DNA from: a virus
Virus record (IMG/VR): IMGVR_UViG_3300031758_000006
DNA: 64,000 nt
Strand: one strand, 5' to 3'
Part shown: positions 57,648-64,000 of the stretch, one piece after another
Numbering within the stretch: position 1 is the stretch's first letter
Layout of the letters: each line of letters begins with the position of its first letter
Made by a program: the position numbers and the translations under genes
Notes under the pieces: model-generated
Told to the model about the DNA's origin: nothing
The model's input: only the letters and a program-made list of their open reading frames with translations
Databases searched by the model: none

Positions 57648-60600
57648 TTACTTTTTATATAGTTCTTGGAATTTCAATAATCCTTCTTGGATTCTAGCTT
57701 GTATTTTAACCTTATCGTCCTCAGTTAATAGGGTTAAGACATCGTCATTTTGTTTTATTGGCCATTCTAATACGTAATACTTGAGTAGTGTATCAATAGC
57801 TGGTGTTGCTGACGAATTTATTTCTTTGGTTAATGAAACTATTTTTCCACTAAATTTAGCCACAAAAAAGTCTAAGAATTTATCCAAGGTTTCAAATTGA
57901 GCCACGGGTATGTTTGTTGTTTGTGAATTACCTCGAGTAACACAAAAATATTTAGTTGTCATGTATGATGTTAAATCACCACCATAAAACTCAGTTAGAT
58001 TTATTGTTGAAAAATTATTTTCATAAGCTTCGAAACCGGTAGACACTCCAGTATCAGCGTACATAGCACTGAACATGAAAGAGGCTCCGTTTTCTAGGTA
58101 AAATAAATTGTTTGTTGTATCATCTTTAAATTTTAAATCTTCCAATTTATTTATAATTTTATCAAACACATCTTTAAACGTTACCTTGGTTAATGTTGGA
58201 CTTGTTAAATTAACATATAAACCGTATTGTGGTAACAACTTATCTGAGCAGTCTTGGTTAGTTGTTAATGTCTCCTTGGTTCCTATATTACCCAATATGG
58301 TATCTTTTTGGAATAACACGTTGTTAGGGTCCAATTTTGATCTATTATAACTTTCTTTAATCTCCTCCCTAATTTTTGATACGATGTTTTTTGTTAATGA
58401 CTGAATGAAATTGTCTATCTTTGGTATACTGTAGAAAGGTTGACGTATACCCTCAAACGAAGTGTCAAATCCATTTTCACTAATCCTATGTAAAACTTTT
58501 GTTATCATATAAGGACCACTAAACATTGGTACGTATCTTAAATTAAAATACATCATCGGTTGGATTAGTGCGTTCCCCATCATTTCAACTGAACAACTAT
58601 AACTTCTGTTTTTGTAAATGTTATACAATGAATTACTTTGAGTTGTCGATGTTCTGTTTCTATTTTGGTTTGCCATATTATCAATAGCTGCGATTGATTC
58701 ACTTGTTGGTTTACCTGGATCCTGTGATACACTAAATTCTTTAAATATTTGTTGGTTTTGTGGACCAACGTCTACGTTAAATCCAACTACTTTATTTGAT
58801 GTGGCCCAATTAGTTTTATTTATTTGGTTTTCAACTAATGGATTATCACTAGCTCTACGTAAATCAAAAGCGTCATTTCTAAACCTGTAATCAATATTCT
58901 CTTTCATGTCCAAATGTTCACTTGGTTTTGAAGCGTACATACATAAAAACTTTGGTGATGATTTTCTATAATCAACATTTAAGAATGTACCAAATAATGA
59001 ATTAGCAAATTCCAAACTACCCTCCGATCTAGGTATTGGGTTTTTAACAACGTCCTGTACATTATAAAAATTAACATAAGCCGGTAACATGAAATGTATA
59101 AAATTATTCTCCGTTAGTATGGTTGTTACCACATCCAATAGATTTATTTTTACATTGTCATTGTCAATTAGTGTTTTAATCTTAAAGATGTCTACGAGTA
59201 TTTTATCACCAATATCTCTACTAGCTCTATCAACCAACATAACATCCTCAAACAAAGTTTTTGTTTTAAAATCACCCCCAGCTATCCAAGTATCATTTAA
59301 TGTTTTAAATAATTCCCATAATTCAAATCTAGTTTGTTCACCTTGATATTCCTTAAATTTACTTTGGTCTTCAATTGATATCGTCACCACACCTGGTAAA
59401 TCTTTTCTAACTGAGGTCATAAGTACTTCAAGTGAATCATTTAAATATTTCTCAGATGAATCTAAATATTTATTCATTAAATCATAAAATTTAATATAAT
59501 CTAATGTCGGGTCTTTTAATTTTTGTGTTGCGTATATTTTAATAATCGGTGCGAAATCAATAATATTTTTTGAATTAAATTGTACATTTAAATCAACAAA
59601 AAAATCTGTGATGTATGATCCGGAATCTTTATATTGTAATTCAGGTATTTCTGAGAAACCAACATATAATTCCAAATCTTTCCATGTTTCTGGATATATT
59701 GATTTGGATTGAGCTAAAGTTATTGTTCCACCACTTGTTGGTAAAAATCCAGGTGTTGTTTGGTTGTACCCCAAATAACTAATCGGGTCCACAAAAAACT
59801 TATTTGAGAATGTATAGAATACCCGTCTATTGAACATTGTTGGGTTTCCGATTTTTAAAACCGTGTCATACTCAATAAATTGTTTAAAGTAGGATTCAAA
59901 GGTTAGCTTTTGGTTTGATACTGTTTCAGAAATTATTAAATCCCCAGTAGTACCGGTTGGTTTTTTTACCACAAACATTTTTCTCATTAACTGTTGGAAA
60001 TTTTTATTTGTGATTTCAGTTTCAGTTTCGGTTGTTTGGGTTGGACTTATTGTTTGTTTATAATCATATACACTTCTACTGAAATTTAAAAATTCTGATT
60101 CAAATAAATCTAATATACCTTTTTCAAAGGTTGTAAAAATTTCACTAATTTTTGTATAGTTGTTAACGTCACCGTCAATTAAAAAATTTTGTTGTATTGA
60201 CTGACCGGATAATATATGTTTAAAGTAACTATCTGGTGATGATTTAACAACCCTACTATTATCAAAAAACCCAAAATTAGGTGCTCCCCAGAATAACCTA
60301 ACCGATCCGTTGTAAAGTGAAGTATTGTCGACAACCTCAAATTTCATTTTACCAACTTTAAATAGTTCACCTTTAATTTGACTAACAGTAGTTCCAAACG
60401 ATGGTAACACATAGTATTCTGTTTCACTTTTTTTAGCTAAAACACTCCAAGGTGTTAATTTTAATGTTCGTAATGGATCATTCGGGTCAAATCCAATTTC
60501 CTCTAGAATTTTTGTATCTTGTGTATTTGTTAATATTATACCACCAGTATCAATTAAACCCTGTAAGTTTGTGTCTTGATATGGGTCAACACTTAAATTT

Positions 60601-63600
60601 GTAACATAAAAGGATTTTTGTTCGATGTCTGGTAAAGTTGTGTTAATTGTATATTCACCAATCCCATTTGCTGGTCCAGAAATTTGATTTACGATTGTAA
60701 ACCCAGTAGTAACCCCAGAAAGAACAATTGTTGATCCTGTAAGTAATTCGTTTACATTTATCTCACTAACTGTAAATGTTGTACCACTCACTTTACCCTT
60801 ACCAATTACTTGGGTTGTTCCAGAAAATAATCTGGTTCCTTGAAAAAATGTGTTAAAGTCGTCAATTAATTGTGGGTAAAATCCCGTATTTATTATCGTG
60901 TTAGTTTTTGTTAAATTCAATATTTCATCTTGTAGAACAATTTTTGTTGGTGTGTTTTCAATATTAACGGTAAAGGTTTTTGATGTAGCTGATGGTGTGT
61001 ATGGGTTATAACTAAACTTATAATCAAAATCTTTCCACACCTCATCTAGTATATCAACCCCAGTTTCATTCCATGTTTTATATCTGTGCCAAATTGATCC
61101 GTACTTTAATACCCAAGCGTATGGTAATTTATGTACCGCTCCAAACTTTTTAAATGTGGATATTAAATAATCTAAATCAGTTGTACTATTGTTTGTATCA
61201 TCAAAGTTTTTATATTTCTCCCTAAGAGTTGATAATGGTAAACTATTTAAAAATAAAAACGCTGCCGATTTAAATGGGTATAAATTAAGTGTTTCATACC
61301 TGAAATTGTATACACCTTTCTGTATAGAGTTTATAAAATATGGGGTGTTAAAAATTGACGTGGTTTGATTACTACTTACAGTACCACTGTAATTGACATA
61401 ATTTAAATTACCTTCCGTGATAAACTGGTTCTCATATTTCCTAGTTTCATAAAATGATTTTAAATTAGATAAATTAATTTCCTGACTAAATACATTATTT
61501 TTATAATTAAAATTGGTTATTGGTCTACAAGTATTAAAATTATAATCATTTAAAAAATTCGTAATAGTTTTTAACGTTGGGTTATATTTTAGAGTATTCT
61601 TCGTATTATAAGCGTTTTCACTTAATAGTACTGTCTTGCCATTAGCGAGATAGTTGTTGTCCCAAAATAAATTTGTTATTGGGTACATATCCGAAAAATC
61701 AAAACTGTTTGATGTGGTTTGATTTTGTACATACTCAGTAATATTAGTTTCCGTTTTATCGATTAGACTGACATCCGGTTGTGATTTTTGATTCCCAATT
61801 ATATCTGAATTAAACAACCCGTAAGGTGAGTCCACAAAATTTTGAATGTATGGTGTGACAAATTCACCTCTGATATATTTTTGCCAACTCTCACCTTCCC
61901 CACTATTTGATATGTGTCTTAAAAATGGTAAAAAATTTGTTTGGTTTAATTGGTATTCTCTTAATGTTTTTATTAGGAATGGATTATCATCACCCAAACT
62001 ATTAACAATATTAACTTTCTCACATTCAGATTCAACAGTGTAAACACCAGAGTCATATCCAGAAATTCTACTTAGTTTACTGTAAAAACTATTTAGAAAT
62101 ATTCTTTCATATATTTCAAAGAAAAATTTAACTTCTTCTTTATTCTGGAAAACTTGGTTTGACACCGGAAATTCAATACCATTTAAACTAGATCTATTTG
62201 GTCTACCATCTGAGTTAGATAGTGGACCTGGATCCGGAATTTCTTCCTCCCTAGTTGTAAATCCTTTAATCCATTCTTCAACAAACTCAACCTCCGGCCA
62301 AATTTCAGGTGAGAAAGCTCTAGCTGTTGTTGACACTGATGGGTCACCTGGATATATTAGTTCAAATTTTTCTTCTCTGTCTTCACCGATGGTTTCTTTA
62401 ATTACTTGTGGCCAAGGGTATATTGGTGTATCGTTTTGGGATGTATCTTTAAAGTCAACACTTTTAACAGTTGTGTTACTAAATATTAATTCTTTTCTAT
62501 ACTTGTTATTGTTTAACCCCCAAGCTTTTATATGTACATCGTCAAGTAATCTAATGAAAGCTTCACCCTGAGCGTAGAACACAGCTAAAATATTTCTAAT
62601 GGATGGTTTAAATCCTAGTTTGTTATTTTTATCATTTAATTTACTGGTAATAGCTTTGGTCATATCCTCCTCAATTAGATTCCTAATTTCCAAAACTGTT
62701 TTTTCTATGGTTATTATTTTATCCCTAAACGAATTTTTACCTTCAAAATAATAAAACGTTGATTGTGTTGTCCCAGCTGAAAAAAATTCATTCTTACTAT
62801 CTGTAACAAATTTATCATAAACGGGACCTGAAGAATTTTTTACTGTTGGGTTTCTTTGTAGGTAACTCTGTTCAAAATTAATATCATCAACAGTTATTGG
62901 GTACTTAAATGTTTGTAGTGATATGTCAACGGGAACTGTTTTTTGTACTTCATTGACATTTATTGTTACCCTACCGTTTTTACCAAGTACCGGATTGTCG
63001 GACAATTTTTTATTATACTCAGTTATGTATCCTTCTAATATGGTTATAGCTTCAGTTCTTAATGTTTCAGTGTTTAATTCTTTTTTAAATTGATATACCT
63101 TAACATCTGTGTTTTTAATAACTAGATAATTTGTGGTATCCATAAATTTATTAAACCACGATTCTGTTTGTGACTGAAACACTTTTTGATTGTACTCGTA
63201 GATAATTCTTGAATAGTTATCTATTTCGGTTAGTACAGCGAAATTTTGTTTTGAGAAACTGTTTAAAACATCGGTTATGAATAAATCTAATCTGGATTTT
63301 AATTGTTTTAGTGTTATCTCTGGGAAATCGTCACCAATTAAACCTTTTGATTTATATTCCGAATAAACTTCTTTTATTTTTTGGTACCCACGACTAACCG
63401 TTTTTTTACTGATACTTGATACGTTTGTTTGATTATCTGTCGTTGTGAATTTAACTGTACTAACATTACTGTTGTACATATGTGGTACCGACATTAATGA
63501 AGCCCAATTTATATACGAAAGTAATGTGTATTTATAACCATAAAATTTTAATTTAATTACAAAGTTTCCACTGGACGGTTGGAATGTCGATGTGAAGGAC

Positions 63601-64000
63601 TGTAACATTATAGGGTACTTAACCGCTTTACCATAATACCCTTTAAGTGTTAGTGTAAATTGGGGGTATGGTAATTGAAAGAAAGCGGCGTATGGTGAGT
63701 TGTCCCCCCCTTCAAATAAAGCTCTACCCTTAACGTCCTCTAATGTAATATCAATAACCGGTAAATAGTCTAGTCCAACTGAAACATTTATGTCAACAAT
63801 ACCAAGTAATCCATTATCAATTGATCCTGGTTTACCGTTACTATACGTTTCTTGTGTAATATAATAATCACCCTCTTTATTTGGGTTTTGTATTGAATTT
63901 AATTTAGGTTGGTTCACTCCTTGTCCGGTTAAGGATCCCTTACCTGTTACCTCATCGGTGTATGAATTATCTAAAAATGTTTTAAATCCTGGGTTTAGAA
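57648..64000 (-). CDS. Giant baseplate hub/tail protein, 5' end outside window
   Basis: frame stays open from 63917 to window edge; LGIVDINV..IDITLEDVKGRALF..F.LTLKGYYG N-region and YSCSVEMMGNA.IQP.MYF.L...PMFSGPYMITKV.H hub-like C-region. Confidence 0.7.
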   Translation of the reverse strand, partial: LNPGFKTFLDNSYTDEVTGKGSLTGQGVNQPKLNSIQNPNKEGDYYITQETYSNGKPGSIDNGLLGIVDINVSVGLDYLPVIDITLEDVKGRALFEGGDNSPYAAFFQLPYPQFTLTLKGYYGKAVKYPIMLQSFTSTFQPSSGNFVIKLKFYGYKYTLLSYINWASLMSVPHMYNSNVSTVKFTTTDNQTNVSSISKKTVSRGYQKIKEVYSEYKSKGLIGDDFPEITLKQLKSRLDLFITDVLNSFSKQNFAVLTEIDNYSRIIYEYNQKVFQSQTESWFNKFMDTTNYLVIKNTDVKVYQFKKELNTETLRTEAITILEGYITEYNKKLSDNPVLGKNGRVTINVNEVQKTVPVDISLQTFKYPITVDDINFEQSYLQRNPTVKNSSGPVYDKFVTDSKNEFFSAGTTQSTFYYFEGKNSFRDKIITIEKTVLEIRNLIEEDMTKAITSKLNDKNNKLGFKPSIRNILAVFYAQGEAFIRLLDDVHIKAWGLNNNKYRKELIFSNTTVKSVDFKDTSQNDTPIYPWPQVIKETIGEDREEKFELIYPGDPSVSTTARAFSPEIWPEVEFVEEWIKGFTTREEEIPDPGPLSNSDGRPNRSSLNGIEFPVSNQVFQNKEEVKFFFEIYERIFLNSFYSKLSRISGYDSGVYTVESECEKVNIVNSLGDDNPFLIKTLREYQLNQTNFLPFLRHISNSGEGESWQKYIRGEFVTPYIQNFVDSPYGLFNSDIIGNQKSQPDVSLIDKTETNITEYVQNQTTSNSFDFSDMYPITNLFWDNNYLANGKTVLLSENAYNTKNTLKYNPTLKTITNFLNDYNFNTCRPITNFNYKNNVFSQEINLSNLKSFYETRKYENQFITEGNLNYVNYSGTVSSNQTTSIFNTPYFINSIQKGVYNFRYETLNLYPFKSAAFLFLNSLPLSTLREKYKNFDDTNNSTTDLDYLISTFKKFGAVHKLPYAWVLKYGSIWHRYKTWNETGVDILDEVWKDFDYKFSYNPYTPSATSKTFTVNIENTPTKIVLQDEILNLTKTNTIINTGFYPQLIDDFNTFFQGTRLFSGTTQVIGKGKVSGTTFTVSEINVNELLTGSTIVLSGVTTGFTIVNQISGPANGIGEYTINTTLPDIEQKSFYVTNLSVDPYQDTNLQGLIDTGGIILTNTQDTKILEEIGFDPNDPLRTLKLTPWSVLAKKSETEYYVLPSFGTTVSQIKGELFKVGKMKFEVVDNTSLYNGSVRLFWGAPNFGFFDNSRVVKSSPDSYFKHILSGQSIQQNFLIDGDVNNYTKISEIFTTFEKGILDLFESEFLNFSRSVYDYKQTISPTQTTETETEITNKNFQQLMRKMFVVKKPTGTTGDLIISETVSNQKLTFESYFKQFIEYDTVLKIGNPTMFNRRVFYTFSNKFFVDPISYLGYNQTTPGFLPTSGGTITLAQSKSIYPETWKDLELYVGFSEIPELQYKDSGSYITDFFVDLNVQFNSKNIIDFAPIIKIYATQKLKDPTLDYIKFYDLMNKYLDSSEKYLNDSLEVLMTSVRKDLPGVVTISIEDQSKFKEYQGEQTRFELWELFKTLNDTWIAGGDFKTKTLFEDVMLVDRASRDIGDKILVDIFKIKTLIDNDNVKINLLDVVTTILTENNFIHFMLPAYVNFYNVQDVVKNPIPRSEGSLEFANSLFGTFLNVDYRKSSPKFLCMYASKPSEHLDMKENIDYRFRNDAFDLRRASDNPLVENQINKTNWATSNKVVGFNVDVGPQNQQIFKEFSVSQDPGKPTSESIAAIDNMANQNRNRTSTTQSNSLYNIYKNRSYSCSVEMMGNALIQPMMYFNLRYVPMFSGPYMITKVLHRISENGFDTSFEGIRQPFYSIPKIDNFIQSLTKNIVSKIREEIKESYNRSKLDPNNVLFQKDTILGNIGTKETLTTNQDCSDKLLPQYGLYVNLTSPTLTKVTFKDVFDKIINKLEDLKFKDDTTNNLFYLENGASFMFSAMYADTGVSTGFEAYENNFSTINLTEFYGGDLTSYMTTKYFCVTRGNSQTTNIPVAQFETLDKFLDFFVAKFSGKIVSLTKEINSSATPAIDTLLKYYVLEWPIKQNDDVLTLLTEDDKVKIQARIQEGLLKFQELYKK

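Noticed and set aside
2372-62571. Numerous short plus-strand and alternative-frame ORFs in the track (e.g. 4777-5349, 12076-12582, 33829-34245, 53350-53775)
   Set aside because: Fully nested antisense to or out of frame with well-supported genes; typical shadows of AT-rich coding DNA.
1-64000. tRNA, rRNA or tmRNA genes
   Set aside because: Intergenic gaps are short and AT-rich; no cloverleaf or T-loop motif seen by eye (tRNAscan not run).
1-64000. Stop-codon reassignment (code 15 or 4)
   Set aside because: Code 11 gives dense tiling and intact 1900-2100-aa genes; TAG and TGA end genes at sensible points (52851, 53984).
1-64000. Eukaryotic giant virus or bacterial chromosome origin
   Set aside because: gp25/gp6-like baseplate, gp32-like SSB, bacterial sigma and Bacteroidota promoters indicate a tailed phage; no housekeeping operons.

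Overview
AT-rich (roughly 30% GC by eye), densely coding segment of a large tailed dsDNA phage (jumbo-phage-like myovirus), almost all genes on the minus strand, standard code 11. It carries replication/recombination genes (primase, DnaB-like helicase, gp32-like SSB, RecA/UvsX, 5'-3' exonuclease, SbcCD, RuvC-like resolvase, class II RNR), a RpoD-like sigma factor, DnaJ, a putative lysis region and a ~25 kb baseplate/tail block. The host is very probably Bacteroidota: three TTTG-N19/20-TAnnTTTG promoters, an Hc1-type histone-like protein, SprB repeats and a DUF285 module. The most notable observation is a soluble glycosyltransferase with the motif order of plant/algal peptidyl O-glycosyltransferases (GT96 SGT1 / GT95 HPAT), sitting inside a cluster of virion proteins with mucin/extensin-like (TP)n, SPSP and TTTTT tracts; this suggests a phage-encoded virion O-glycosylation system. 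Three promoter classes and several smaller oddities were also found. No tRNA, rRNA, CRISPR array, intein or mobile element was seen. All family assignments come from motif recognition by eye, not database searches.
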